Shown here: one piece after another, positions 16,977 to 27,382 of the stretch
How the letters are laid out: each line of letters starts with the position of its first letter
Position numbering within the stretch: the first letter of the stretch is position 1
Source of the DNA: Candidatus Eiseniibacteriota bacterium
GTDB taxonomy: Bacteria > Eisenbacteria > RBG-16-71-46 > CAZAMP01
Assembly: GCA_965224245.1 (NCBI GenBank)
Contig: OZ245046.1
Location: 3,648,001 to 3,712,000 of the forward strand
DNA length: 64,000 bases
Reading direction: 5' to 3'
Program-made: the position numbers and the translations under genes
Notes under the pieces: model-generated
What the model was told of the DNA's origin: nothing
Seen by the model: only the letters and a program-made list of their open reading frames with translations
Database searches by the model: none

Positions 16977-19946
16977 ATGAGAGAGCTTTGGAGGACCTTG
17001 CTCGCGGCGGCCGGCATCGCGCTGTCGGCGACCGGGCCGGCCAGCGGCTTCGTCTCGCCGGAGCCCGACCGGATGATCGACGTCCCGCTGCCGGCCGCGC
17101 ACAGTCCGTACGTGCATCCACGCGCGCTCACCGAGACGGTCGCGCTGGAGATCGAGGCCGCCTTCGCTCGCGTCAACGGCGGACGCTGGCAGGCATTCGG
17201 CGTCGACGCGCACACGTGGACGCCGTCGTACCTCGTGGGTAGCGGCGTGGAGACGGGCCTGCCCCTCGCGAACGACCGGGACGCCGAGTCCTCCGCGCGC
17301 TCGATCATCGCGGCCCATCCGGAAGTCTTCGGAGCCGAGGCGGCGGAGCTGACGCTCCGCGACGTCCGCCGCGCGCTGGGCGCCGTGGCCGTGCACGTCG
17401 TCCAGACCCACCACGGCATCCCGGTGTGGGGCGCGTCCGCGCATCTCACGTTCACCGAATCCGGCCGCCTCTTCGCCATGGGCTCGCGGATCTACGACGA
17501 CGTCGACGTCAGCGTGGACCCGTGGCTGTCGGCCCCCGAGGCGGAGCGCGTGGCGCGAGACGCGCTGCCGTTCGATCCCTCCACCGACGTCGTCGAGCGC
17601 GGCACGACCCTCGGGATCCTGCCGGTGCCGGCCGGCCCGAGCGACGTCGACCATCACCTCGTGTGGCGGTCGCGGATCCACACCGCCGACCCGCGCGGCA
17701 TCTGGGTCACGCACGTCGACGCACACTCGGGCGAGATCGTCTGGTGCTTCAACGACGTTCACTTTCTCGAGTTCTCCGGGTCCGCGGAGAGCGACGTCGC
17801 GGACGTCACGTACTGCGACGGCTCGACTCCGCAGGCTTCGGCGTATCTCGATCTGAACGTCGCCGGCATCGGCACCGTCACCACCGACGGCGAGGGGCTG
17901 TGGAACGCCGGCGAGGGCGGCGAGGACACGCGACCGGTGACGTCGCACCTCTCGGGTCCGTACGGGGCCGTATACAACGCCGGCGGTCCCGATGCGGTGT
18001 TCAGCGGCAGCGCCACCGCGGGGACCCCCTTCGCGGTCGTGTGGGACGACACGAACTCACAGCCCGACGAGCGGGACGTCTTCGACGCCATCAACGACGT
18101 CCACGACTTCTTCGAGACGTTCGACCCGGGCTACGTCTACTCCAACGACCCGATCGACGCGTACGTCAGCATCGACAACACGTGCAACGCGTTCTGGGAC
18201 GGCAGCATCAACTTCTATCTGGCCGGTGATGGCTGCGCCAACACCGGCGAGATTCAGGGCGTCGTGCAGCACGAGTTCGGTCACGGCGTCCAGAACAACC
18301 TCCTCGGCGAGCAGGGAAACGAGGGACTCGGCGAGGGCAACTCCGACGTGCTCGCGAACCTGATGACGCAGGAGTCCATCGTCGGCCGGGGGTTCTTCGA
18401 GGGGGACTGCGCCGGCGGACTCCGGAACTCCAACAACACGCTTCAGTACCCGGACGACGTCGTGGGGCAGAACGATCACGACGCCGGCCGGGTCATCGCG
18501 GGCTTCTCGTGGGACATGATGGTCGGCTTCCAGGCCCTCCACGGCGTCGAGCAGGGCGCACTGGAGACCGCTCGGCGCTGGCACTTCGCGCGCAAGCTGG
18601 AGACACCGACGTTTCAGCCGGCCCAGGTCATCGCCACGTTCATCGCCGACGATCTCCCGGCCAACGGCGGCGACGGCAACCTGGACAACGGCACGCCGCA
18701 CTTCGATGCGATCTGTGCCGCGGCGACCAACCACGGCTTCACGTGTCCGGAGATCTCGGCCGGCGTGTTCATCTCTCACGCGCCGGTGGTCTCGCGCGAC
18801 GTCGAGAGCGACGTGGCGTTCGTGGCCACGGTGGTCTCGACCGAGGGCCCGATCGATCCCGAGACGGTCCAGCTGACGTACCGGCGAAACGATGGCCCCC
18901 CGATCGACGTCGGGCTGCTCCCCACCGGAAACCCGGACGAGTACGCGGTCACGATTCCCGGAGAGGAGCTGCCGATCCCCTCGGAGGTCCGGTACTCGTT
19001 CACCGCCGAGGACGTGACCGGCACCCGGGGAACGCTTCCCCGGACGTCGGAGGCCGCGTTGGAGTTCGACGTGGCCGCCGTGTGGGAGCCCTTCGAGTCC
19101 GGCGACGGTGAGTGGATCGTGAATGCCGACGGCGCCGACGACGCCACCACGGGGCTCTGGGAGTACGGCGACCCCAACGAGACGATGCTCGACGGCGTCG
19201 TGCAGCCCGGTGACGATCACTCCGAGCCGGGATCGTTCTGCTGGGTCACGGGCAACGCCGCCGGATCGGCGGGTGCCGACGACGTCGACGGGGGCCGGAC
19301 CACGCTCCAGACGCCGGGCTACGACGTCTCGGGCTCGTCGCTGATCCTGATCAAGTACTGGCGGTACTACACGAACAGCCTCGGCGCCGAGCCGAACAAC
19401 GACGAGTGGGTCGTTCAGGTCCGAAACGACGGCGGTCCCTGGGTCGACGTCGAGCGGACTCAGGACGACCAGAACCGGTGGTATCAGCACGTGTTCGACG
19501 CCTTCGCGGTCTTCGGCGCAGCCGCCGGGAACCTCGAGGTGCGGTTCGTGGCGTCAGACGAGCAAGGCGCCTCGCTCGTCGAGGCCCTCGTGGACGACTT
19601 CGCCATCCTGGCCGACCTCGGCACGATCGTGAACGTGGAGATCGGGCCCGCGCCGGGCGGCGTCCCGGGCGCGGCGTATCTGGGCGGGGCGAGCCCGAAC
19701 CCGTTCAACCCGCGAACCACGATCCGCTATGGCCTGAGCACCTCCTCCGCGGTGCGCCTCGAGGTCTTCGACGCGACCGGCCGATCGATCCGGACGCTCG
19801 TCAACACGACGCAGACCGCGGGCCATCACGCGATCGTGTGGGACGGTCGCGACGATGTGGGACGGAACGTGGCCTCTGGACGGTACTACGGACGCCTGAC
19901 CACCGGCGACGAGACGAGATCGACGACGCTGACGCTCCTCAGGTGA
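16977..19946 (+). CDS. Secreted M4/M36-like zinc metallopeptidase (FTP/PepSY propeptide) with FlgD-Ig C-terminal domain
   Basis: Signal peptide; QTHHGIPVWG; VDAHSGEI; CNAFWDG; HEFGH; GLGEGNSD; C-terminal PNPFNP...WDGRDD. Confidence 0.85.
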   Translation: MRELWRTLLAAAGIALSATGPASGFVSPEPDRMIDVPLPAAHSPYVHPRALTETVALEIEAAFARVNGGRWQAFGVDAHTWTPSYLVGSGVETGLPLANDRDAESSARSIIAAHPEVFGAEAAELTLRDVRRALGAVAVHVVQTHHGIPVWGASAHLTFTESGRLFAMGSRIYDDVDVSVDPWLSAPEAERVARDALPFDPSTDVVERGTTLGILPVPAGPSDVDHHLVWRSRIHTADPRGIWVTHVDAHSGEIVWCFNDVHFLEFSGSAESDVADVTYCDGSTPQASAYLDLNVAGIGTVTTDGEGLWNAGEGGEDTRPVTSHLSGPYGAVYNAGGPDAVFSGSATAGTPFAVVWDDTNSQPDERDVFDAINDVHDFFETFDPGYVYSNDPIDAYVSIDNTCNAFWDGSINFYLAGDGCANTGEIQGVVQHEFGHGVQNNLLGEQGNEGLGEGNSDVLANLMTQESIVGRGFFEGDCAGGLRNSNNTLQYPDDVVGQNDHDAGRVIAGFSWDMMVGFQALHGVEQGALETARRWHFARKLETPTFQPAQVIATFIADDLPANGGDGNLDNGTPHFDAICAAATNHGFTCPEISAGVFISHAPVVSRDVESDVAFVATVVSTEGPIDPETVQLTYRRNDGPPIDVGLLPTGNPDEYAVTIPGEELPIPSEVRYSFTAEDVTGTRGTLPRTSEAALEFDVAAVWEPFESGDGEWIVNADGADDATTGLWEYGDPNETMLDGVVQPGDDHSEPGSFCWVTGNAAGSAGADDVDGGRTTLQTPGYDVSGSSLILIKYWRYYTNSLGAEPNNDEWVVQVRNDGGPWVDVERTQDDQNRWYQHVFDAFAVFGAAAGNLEVRFVASDEQGASLVEALVDDFAILADLGTIVNVEIGPAPGGVPGAAYLGGASPNPFNPRTTIRYGLSTSSAVRLEVFDATGRSIRTLVNTTQTAGHHAIVWDGRDDVGRNVASGRYYGRLTTGDETRSTTLTLLR

Positions 19947-19970
19947 GCGCCGCCTCGGCGGGCGGGAACG

Positions 19971-20729
19971 TCACGGCCGTCGCGCCTCGACGAGGATCCG
20001 GTGATCGTGCACGACCAGCCCGCCGTGCTCGAGGATGTGAGCGTGGATCTCGGCGAGCAGCTCGCGCGATCCCTCCACGTCGTACCCCGGGAACTCCCAC
20101 GAGATCGCCTTCATGTACCAGGCGACCGCCCCCACGTCGCGGAACGTCTTGGGCAGTAGCTCCTCCCGGTCGTCGATCACGTGGAAGCCGGCGGCACGCA
20201 GCTGGCCGGCGTAGTCCGCGGAGCGACGGCCCTCTCCCGCTTCGTAGCGCTCGCGCAGCTCGCGGTCGTCCTCGGCCCCCACCTGCTGCGTCAGGAACGT
20301 CCCGCCGGGACGGAGCACGCGAAACACCTCGGTGGGTGAGAACGCCTCGTGGCGGTTCGTGATCAGACGAAACGTCTGATCCCGGAACGGAAGACGTCCG
20401 CCGCGCCCGCTCCAGAGGTCGTTGTCGGGCGCGGGCTCGACCTGGACGACGTGCGCACCCCGCGCGCGGAGCCGCCGGGCGGCGACCGACACGTTAGGCG
20501 GCCAGGCCTCGGTCGCCAGCGTCATGCCGCCGAACGGCGCGAACGTGGACAGGAACTCGCCTCCACCAGTCCCCATGTCGAGGAGCGGTGACGCCATCCG
20601 GGCCCGGATGCGCGCCGAGAGACTCCAGGAGGGTGCAGTCTCCTCCAGACGTCCGGCGAGATACGAGAAGTCCCAGCCTTCGAACGGTGCGTCCCGTGCC
20701 TCGGCGATCAGCTCGTCGAAGGGTCTCAT
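19971..20729 (-). CDS. Class I SAM-dependent methyltransferase
   Basis: FEGWDFSYL, LLDMGTGGGE, LPF, VLRPGGTFLTQQVG. Confidence 0.9.
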   Translation of the reverse strand: MRPFDELIAEARDAPFEGWDFSYLAGRLEETAPSWSLSARIRARMASPLLDMGTGGGEFLSTFAPFGGMTLATEAWPPNVSVAARRLRARGAHVVQVEPAPDNDLWSGRGGRLPFRDQTFRLITNRHEAFSPTEVFRVLRPGGTFLTQQVGAEDDRELRERYEAGEGRRSADYAGQLRAAGFHVIDDREELLPKTFRDVGAVAWYMKAISWEFPGYDVEGSRELLAEIHAHILEHGGLVVHDHRILVEARRP

Positions 20730-20745
20730 ACCGCCTCGGCCCGGG

Positions 20746-23313
20746 TCACCTGACCAGCGTCATCGTCCGGGTCGCCGTCGCCCGCCCCATGCGGAGCTCC
20801 GCCACGTACGTGCCCGACTCCAGCAACGTGCCCCTGTCGTCGGTGCCGGCCCATCGTACGACGTACGCGCCCGACGCGAGCGGCCGTGTGATCAGCTCGG
20901 CCACCCGGCGGCCCCGGACGTCGTAGACACGCAACGTCACCTCGCGCGGTCCCGCGTTCGCCACCCGGAACGCGATCACCGTCGATCCGTTGAAGGGGTT
21001 CGGACGGTTCGGCGCCATCACCAGCGGTGTCGGCGACGGCGTGCTCCCCGGCGGCGGCGCGTCCGGCGGGAGCGTCGGCGTCACCTCGTCGACGAGCTGC
21101 GGCCCGTCCCTCTCGTCACCGTTCACGTCCGCGAGGTACGCAAACGTCCAGTCGGGCCGGGTCGGCGCCCCGGACTCGTAGAGGTCCGCCCACTCCTCGT
21201 CGGTCAGACGCTCGAAGCCGAGCGTGACGTACTCGTGAAACGAGGAAGTCGGTCCCACGAACGCGGTCAGCGGCTGTCCCGGCGGTGCCGCCACGTACAC
21301 ACCGAGCTCGGGATACCCCGTCCCTCCGTGCAGGATCTTGCCGATCGGACTCCCCCACTCGTCCGTGGGCTGGGTGTGCACGTCCGCGACCAGGAGGTCC
21401 TCGTCGCTCACCGGCCGGCCGAGACCCCACGGGTCACTGAAGTAGAGATCGCGATACCAGCCCTGCTCGGTCTGCCCGTCACATCCCCCGATGAAGTACG
21501 AGCACCCCAGGAACAGGAGCTCGGACTCCGTGAGCAGCGTGCCGGACAGCTCCTTCTCGGCGATCGTGGCCAGCGTGGTCAGGATCTCCTCCACCCCCTC
21601 GAAGAACGTGTCGACGTACGCCGCCGCGCCGTAGCCGCCGATCTGCGAGAACGTCACCGCGGCGTCGGCGGCGAGCTCGGCGAGCGCGTGGTAGAAGTCC
21701 GGGACCGGCTCGACGTACGTGCGCGGATACGAGCAGAACGCACCACCGGTGTACGACTGCTTCGCGTAGAGGAGGTTGTCGTGCCGCAGCTCGGTCCAGG
21801 ACGCGAGCTGCGTGTTCATCTTCTGCTGCTCCCAGGCGCCCGTCTTCATGAAGTCCGGCACACCGGGCTGTCGACCGGTGCTCGACAGCGTGCGAATGGC
21901 CTGCAGCCACGACGTGTACAGGCTGCGATGCCACATGTCGGGCTCGTAGCCGTCGATCAGGTAGCGGAGCGCGCTCAGGTTCGACGCGTAGTGGTACGCG
22001 TCCAGCTCGTCCTGGAGGAGCAGGATCACGCTGTCGTTCCCGAGCGGGAAGAGAACGTCGAGAGGCTTCGGAAGACCACGGAACACCCGATGTCCGTGGA
22101 AGAGGATCCGGTCGAAGACCACGTTTCCGCTGATGAACGAGTCGAGGATGAAGCGCTGCCCCATCGTCAGAAACGCGTACGGCGGCGTGATGGGGGTCGT
22201 GCTCATCGGGTCGGCCATCAGGATCTGGGAGTTGATGGCCTGTGCCGTGTACGCCCCGGTCGCGAGCTCGTCCTCGAACGCGGTCATGACGTCCGGATCG
22301 ACGAGGTCGGCCGGGCTCCCCAGCCCGATCGCCGCCGCCAGTCGATCCAGCTCGACCAGGGTGACGTTGTCGGGATCGCCGACGAGCTGACGTACGAGGG
22401 AGTCGATCTCGTCGAGACCGTCCCCGCCGGGGCCCAGCATCATCTCGCGGAGGAGAAACGCCCCCATGATCTCGCGACTCACGTCCGGCACCGGCGGATC
22501 CACCCCTTCGGGCGGGGTGAGCCGGAACTCGGTGCGCCCGAGCCACATCATGGCCCGGAAGTAGCTACTCAGCGCCGCGGACTCCGTGTAGTGACCCCGC
22601 GGCTTCAGCTGGCTGAAGTCGTAGGTTCGCGGGACGTCGTTGAAGAGCGGGTAGTCCGCCGGCGCCTCGGCGGCACAGAACGCGAGGAGCTCCTCCACCA
22701 CCAGCTGGTTGTCGCCGCGGGATCCGAGCGTCGTCTCGTCGAGGAGGCTCCGGGCCACCGTCAGATACACGTCGACGTCGTCGAGCGAGGCACGCAGCTC
22801 GGGAACGCCGCCGTACGCGGCGTCGGCCGCGTCCCACCGGTCGTGAATGGCCTCGAGCGCCTCGTGCAGCACGCTGCGGAGGTGATCTCGTTCCACGATC
22901 CCCAGGATCTCGACGTACGATCGGTGGATGGCGTGCAGGATCGCGTCGGTGGACACGAAGAGCGGAAGATCGGCGTGCCAGATCGAATCCAGGGCGGTCC
23001 CGTATGCCGGGAACCTCAGGCGTTCGGAGACCATGAAGCCGTTGCGCCCCAGGAGTGCGAGCTCGCCCTCGGTCAGGTGGAAGCGATCGTCGATGGCGTC
23101 CAGGTACTCGGCGGATAGCGGATCGCCTGGGACCTGGGATGTGAACGGGCCGAACGGGGCGTGGGCGTCGATCAGCTCGCCCGTCGTCTGGTCACGGACG
23201 GACTCGAGAAACTCATGGTATGCGTCGGCGTCGAACTCGGCGCGTGTCGGCGAGACGACCACGGACAGACCGATCGCCAGGCACGAGACGATACCGGGGT
23301 GAAGGCGTGACAT
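20746..23313 (-). CDS. DUF3160-domain secreted protein with FlgD-Ig C-terminal domain
   Basis: PLFVSTDAILH, DFSQLKPRGHY, YFRAMMWLGR, LASWTELRHDNLLYAKQSY, YVEP; C-terminal PNPFN; SD GGGAGG. Confidence 0.85.
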   Translation of the reverse strand: MSRLHPGIVSCLAIGLSVVVSPTRAEFDADAYHEFLESVRDQTTGELIDAHAPFGPFTSQVPGDPLSAEYLDAIDDRFHLTEGELALLGRNGFMVSERLRFPAYGTALDSIWHADLPLFVSTDAILHAIHRSYVEILGIVERDHLRSVLHEALEAIHDRWDAADAAYGGVPELRASLDDVDVYLTVARSLLDETTLGSRGDNQLVVEELLAFCAAEAPADYPLFNDVPRTYDFSQLKPRGHYTESAALSSYFRAMMWLGRTEFRLTPPEGVDPPVPDVSREIMGAFLLREMMLGPGGDGLDEIDSLVRQLVGDPDNVTLVELDRLAAAIGLGSPADLVDPDVMTAFEDELATGAYTAQAINSQILMADPMSTTPITPPYAFLTMGQRFILDSFISGNVVFDRILFHGHRVFRGLPKPLDVLFPLGNDSVILLLQDELDAYHYASNLSALRYLIDGYEPDMWHRSLYTSWLQAIRTLSSTGRQPGVPDFMKTGAWEQQKMNTQLASWTELRHDNLLYAKQSYTGGAFCSYPRTYVEPVPDFYHALAELAADAAVTFSQIGGYGAAAYVDTFFEGVEEILTTLATIAEKELSGTLLTESELLFLGCSYFIGGCDGQTEQGWYRDLYFSDPWGLGRPVSDEDLLVADVHTQPTDEWGSPIGKILHGGTGYPELGVYVAAPPGQPLTAFVGPTSSFHEYVTLGFERLTDEEWADLYESGAPTRPDWTFAYLADVNGDERDGPQLVDEVTPTLPPDAPPPGSTPSPTPLVMAPNRPNPFNGSTVIAFRVANAGPREVTLRVYDVRGRRVAELITRPLASGAYVVRWAGTDDRGTLLESGTYVAELRMGRATATRTMTLVR

Positions 23314-23478
23314 CGGTCCCTCCCGTCGTCGTGCGGATGTGTGACGGACGGCGAGGGAATCGTCGCACTCCAATCCGGACGGCGCAAGTCGCGACGCCAC
23401 GGATCTGGCAGCGTCCCCGGACGGCGCCGGGCCGCCACGCCCGGCAGTGGCGTCGTCTCCGGCACCGCGGGTAGCCGA

Positions 23479-24033
23479 TCAGTCCGTGGCGGGCACGAAC
23501 GGCCGGCCGTCCTCAACGGCGAAGAGCTCCGGGATCCAGCCGCTCTCCCCGTCGGCGCGGAGCATCCCGTAGGTGACGGGCAACGAGAAGCGCTGCGGCC
23601 CACACGAGCCCGGGTTGAACAGCACGAGCCCCGACGGCTCGGTGCGCACCTCGGGCCGGTGCGTGTGGCCGTAGACGAGGACATCGATCCCGTTGGCGTC
23701 GACCCACTCGGCCACCGAGTCGAGGAGTCCGCCGGGGCCGAGCGCCACGTGCGTCATCCCCACGCGCGTCGGGCCGACCCGGAACACGCGCCAGCGGGGG
23801 TGCTCGCTGGCCGAGAACCCGTCCACGTTGCCGGCCACGGCGTAGAACGGCGCGATCGGCAAGAGCTCGATCGCGATCGTGTCGCGGCCGAGGTCGCCCG
23901 CGTGGAGGATGGCATCCACGCCCGCGAGACGCTCGTAGAGCTCGGGGCGGATCTCTCCGTGCGTGTCCGAGATCACGCCGACCCGGGTCGCGCCGGTCAA
24001 GTCGATCGGCTCCTGCACACCCTCACTCTGCAT
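23479..24033 (-). CDS. YfcE/MJ0936-family metallophosphoesterase
   Basis: ISDTH, HAGD, AGNVD, GHTH, NPGS. Confidence 0.92.
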   Translation of the reverse strand: MQSEGVQEPIDLTGATRVGVISDTHGEIRPELYERLAGVDAILHAGDLGRDTIAIELLPIAPFYAVAGNVDGFSASEHPRWRVFRVGPTRVGMTHVALGPGGLLDSVAEWVDANGIDVLVYGHTHRPEVRTEPSGLVLFNPGSCGPQRFSLPVTYGMLRADGESGWIPELFAVEDGRPFVPATD

Positions 24034-24325
24034 CGTAGCGCTCCTCGAATCCGACCGGCCGGTGGCAGTTGTGGCACACCTGCCGCGTGGTCTTCAGCGT
24101 GCCGTCCTCCTCGAAGTGCGACCGATGCATCGGCGGCGACGTCGGACGGTGATGACAGTCGAAGCACGTGCGCGGCTCGGTCGCCGACAGGTGATCGGCG
24201 TCGGCCGGGTACTCGGGCGGCCTGGCGCAGCCGGGCAAGCCGGCGAGCACCAGCGCCAGTGCCACGATCCCGCGCGTGGGGAGGCACCCCGGCACCGGCG
24301 AGACCGGTCGCCCCGCGCGCGTCAC
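24023..24325 (-). CDS. Small diheme c-type cytochrome, putative lipoprotein (start uncertain)
   Basis: Lipobox LPGC; two CxxCH motifs (CFDCH, CHNCH); extra His residues. Confidence 0.7.
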   Translation of the reverse strand: MTRAGRPVSPVPGCLPTRGIVALALVLAGLPGCARPPEYPADADHLSATEPRTCFDCHHRPTSPPMHRSHFEEDGTLKTTRQVCHNCHRPVGFEERYDAE

Positions 24326-24359
24326 CGGCGGCCCGTGTCCGCCGTCGCGCCCGCGAGCA

Positions 24360-25310
24360 CTACTCCGCGAGCCCCTTGGCCACGAGCCAGCGCTCGGCGT
24401 CGATCGCGGCCATGCAGCCCGAGCCGGCCGCCGTCACCGCCTGCCGGTACACGTGATCCTGGGCGTCGCCGGACGCGAACACGCCGTCGACGCTCGTGTA
24501 CGTGCTGCCGGGCTTCGTGACGATGTACCCGTTCGGATCCATCTCGAGCTGATCGACGAAGAGATCGGTGTTCGGACGGTGGCCGATCGCGATGAACACG
24601 CCCTGACACGGGAACTCGCGCTTGTCGCCAGTGCGCGTGTCCTCGAGCGTCACCGCGTGCACGCCGGCGGGGCCGGGCTCGCCGTGGATCTCGGCGACGG
24701 TCGAGTTCCAGGCCCACTCGATCTTGGGGTTGGCGAACGCCCGCTCCTGCATGATCTTCGAGGCTCGGAGCTCGTCGCGGCGGTGGACGACCGTCACCTT
24801 GCTGGCGAACTTCGTCAGGAACGTCGCCTCTTCCATCGCGGTGTCGCCGCCGCCCACGATGATGATCTCCTTGCCCTTGAAGAAGAACCCGTCGCAGGTG
24901 GCACAGGCCGAGACGCCATAGCCCATCAGCCGCTCCTCGCTCTCGATGCCCAGGAGCTTCGCCGACGCGCCGGTGGAGATGATGATCGCGTTCGACCGGT
25001 AGTGCTCCTCGCCGGCCCAGAGCTCGAACGGATGGGAGCCGAGGTCGACCCGGGTGATCGTCTTCAGCTCGATGGCGGTCTCGAAGCGCTTGGCCTGCTT
25101 GAAGAAGAGCTCCATCATCTCGGGGCCCATGACGCCTTCGGGAAACCCGGGGTAGTTCTCGACGTCGGTCGTGATCGTGAGCTGCCCCCCCGGCTGCTGG
25201 CCCTGGAACATGACCGGTGCGAGATTCGCCCGTGCGGCGTAGATGGCCGCCGTGTAGCCGGCCGGGCCCGACCCGATGATGACGACGTTGTGGACGTTGT
25301 TTGCGGACAT
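24360..25310 (-). CDS. trxB: Thioredoxin-disulfide reductase
   Basis: GSGPAG, GGQL...[27 protein letters not shown]...YRQAVTAAG. Confidence 0.97.
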   Translation of the reverse strand: MSANNVHNVVIIGSGPAGYTAAIYAARANLAPVMFQGQQPGGQLTITTDVENYPGFPEGVMGPEMMELFFKQAKRFETAIELKTITRVDLGSHPFELWAGEEHYRSNAIIISTGASAKLLGIESEERLMGYGVSACATCDGFFFKGKEIIIVGGGDTAMEEATFLTKFASKVTVVHRRDELRASKIMQERAFANPKIEWAWNSTVAEIHGEPGPAGVHAVTLEDTRTGDKREFPCQGVFIAIGHRPNTDLFVDQLEMDPNGYIVTKPGSTYTSVDGVFASGDAQDHVYRQAVTAAGSGCMAAIDAERWLVAKGLAE

Positions 25311-25449
25311 GGCGCTCAATCCCTTCATGCGCGTCAGGAACGGCGGGCGCGGCGCCCGGCGTATCACGTCTCGACTCGCGATCGCGCGGAACGGTTCCCT
25401 GGGCCCTCGGCCGCTCTCGCGCCCGCCCCTGTCGGACTCGGAGCGGGGG

Positions 25450-25479
25450 AATCTATCACCGGCGCCGAATCGGCGTCAA
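25450..25479 (-). promoter_or_regulatory. Sigma70 promoter of trxB
   Basis: TTGACG-N18-TAGATT with TG extension. Confidence 0.6.
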
Positions 25480-25604
25480 ACCTCGGCCGGCCCCTGCCCT
25501 CCGGGATTCTGGACAGCCCCAGCCGGGCCTCCCCGGCCGGGGCCGCGCGCCCCAGGTCGGCCGGCGGACGCGCCCGTCCGTCGCTTTCGGGCAGGCGAGC
25601 CCCC

Positions 25605-25613
25605 TGCTATACT
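25605..25613 (+). promoter_or_regulatory. Extended -10 promoter of the ABC exporter operon
   Basis: TGcTATACT about 20 nt upstream of SD GGGAGG. Confidence 0.55.
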
Positions 25614-25645
25614 CGCCGATCCTCGTTTGCACGCGGGAGGCAGTC

Positions 25646-27382
25646 ATCGAGCAGCTACGCGCCCTCCGCCCGTATCTCGGGCGCTATCGGACGCCGATCG
25701 TGGCCGGCATCGGGTCGATGCTGCTCGCGATCGGATTCTCGCGGCTGACCCCGTGGTTCATGAAGCTGGCCATCGATGCGCTGGGCCGGCACGAGCCCCT
25801 GTCGGTGGTCCTGCGGTTCGTCGCCGCGATGGTCGGTGCGGCGCTTCTGGGCGGACTCTTCCTGTACCTCCAGCGGTGGCTCCTGATCGGGACGTCGCGA
25901 CGGATCGAGTACGACCTCCGCACCGACCTCTACGCCCACGTCCAGCGGCTGGACCTGGACTTCTTCAGCCGCCGCCAGACCGGCAACCTGATGGCGCACT
26001 TCACGAACGACCTCAATGCGGTGCGCGACGTTTGCGGTCCGGGCATCATGTACTTCACCCAGATGACGACGCTCCTGATCGCGTCCATCACGCTGATGCT
26101 GATCCTGGACGTGCGCCTGACGCTGGTGGCCTTCCTGCCGTTCCCGCTGATCTCGCTGTTCACGTACTACTACGGCAAGCGCATGTACACCTTCTCGCGG
26201 GCGGTCCAGGATCAGTTCGGCGTGATCTCCTCGCGCGCCCAGGAGGATCTCGGCGGCATGCGGGTCATCCGGGCCTACGCGCAGGAGGAGCCGTCGCAGC
26301 GCCGCTTCCACGACCTCGGGTTCGACTATCTGACCGCCAACATGCGCGTCGCGAAGCTCCGCGGCAGCTTCTTCGCGGTCACGACGGCGCTGACCGGTCT
26401 CGGCCTGGCGATCGCGTTGTGGATCGGCGGGCGTCAGGTCATCGACGGGACGCTGACGCTGGGCTCGCTGGTGGCGTTCACCGCCTATCTGGCCGAGATG
26501 ACCTGGCCCGTGATCGCGGTCGGATGGGTCATCGGCATGTTCCAGCGCGGGGCCAGCGCGATGTCGCGTCTGTCCGAGGTGCTGTCGGCGACCCCGAGCA
26601 TCGTGTCGGGGCCGGACACGTCCGCCCCCCGCCCCAGGATCGCGTTCGAGGACGTCACGTTCCGCTACCCCGGCGCCGACACGCCGGCGCTGTCCGGTGT
26701 GTCGTTCCGCCTGGAGGCCGGCCAGACGCTGGGGGTCGTCGGCCGCACGGGATCGGGCAAGAGCACGCTCCTGAAGCTCGTCCTGCGCTTCTACGATCCC
26801 GACGGTGGCCGGGTCGTCCTCGACGACGTGGACCTCCGCGAACGCGACCTCGAGAGCGTCCGGCGCACGATCGGCTATGCGCCTCAGGACTCGTTCCTGT
26901 TCTCGCGCTCACTGGCCGGGAACATCGCGTACGGCGACCCCGACTCGGAGCCCGACCGGATCCGCGACGCATCCGCGCGCGCGCGCTTCCACACCGACGT
27001 GACCGGCTTCCCTGACGGCTACGACACGCTCGTCGGTGAGCGGGGCGTCACCCTCTCGGGGGGGCAGCGCCAGCGCGCATCACTGGCCCGGGCGCTGATC
27101 CTGGATCCCGAGATCCTCCTCCTCGACGACACGCTCTCCAGCGTCGACGCCGAGACCGAGGAGGAGATCCTCGTCGAGCTCCGGGCGATCATGTCCCAGC
27201 GCACGTCGATCATCGTGTCGCACCGGATCTCCGCCGTGGAGGACGCCGACTGGATCCTCGTACTCGACGACGGACGTGTGATCGAGGAGGGACGTCACGG
27301 GGATCTCGTCGGGGCGGGCGGGCTCTACGCCCGGCTCCACGAGCGGCAGCAGCTGGCCGCCGAGATCGAGAGGCGCGCGTGA
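25646..27382 (+). CDS. ABC exporter ATP-binding/permease subunit 1 (MdlA/YheI-like, degenerate Walker B); probable ATC start
   Basis: TM domain; GRTGSGKST; LSGGQRQR; LLLDD; SD GGGAGG 5 nt before ATC. Confidence 0.9.
   Translation: MEQLRALRPYLGRYRTPIVAGIGSMLLAIGFSRLTPWFMKLAIDALGRHEPLSVVLRFVAAMVGAALLGGLFLYLQRWLLIGTSRRIEYDLRTDLYAHVQRLDLDFFSRRQTGNLMAHFTNDLNAVRDVCGPGIMYFTQMTTLLIASITLMLILDVRLTLVAFLPFPLISLFTYYYGKRMYTFSRAVQDQFGVISSRAQEDLGGMRVIRAYAQEEPSQRRFHDLGFDYLTANMRVAKLRGSFFAVTTALTGLGLAIALWIGGRQVIDGTLTLGSLVAFTAYLAEMTWPVIAVGWVIGMFQRGASAMSRLSEVLSATPSIVSGPDTSAPRPRIAFEDVTFRYPGADTPALSGVSFRLEAGQTLGVVGRTGSGKSTLLKLVLRFYDPDGGRVVLDDVDLRERDLESVRRTIGYAPQDSFLFSRSLAGNIAYGDPDSEPDRIRDASARARFHTDVTGFPDGYDTLVGERGVTLSGGQRQRASLARALILDPEILLLDDTLSSVDAETEEEILVELRAIMSQRTSIIVSHRISAVEDADWILVLDDGRVIEEGRHGDLVGAGGLYARLHERQQLAAEIERRA

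Noticed and set aside
25395-25420. SAM-I riboswitch, from AGAGCGGCCGAGGG on the - strand
   Set aside because: Lacks the P1 ATC, GCAACC and GTGC elements
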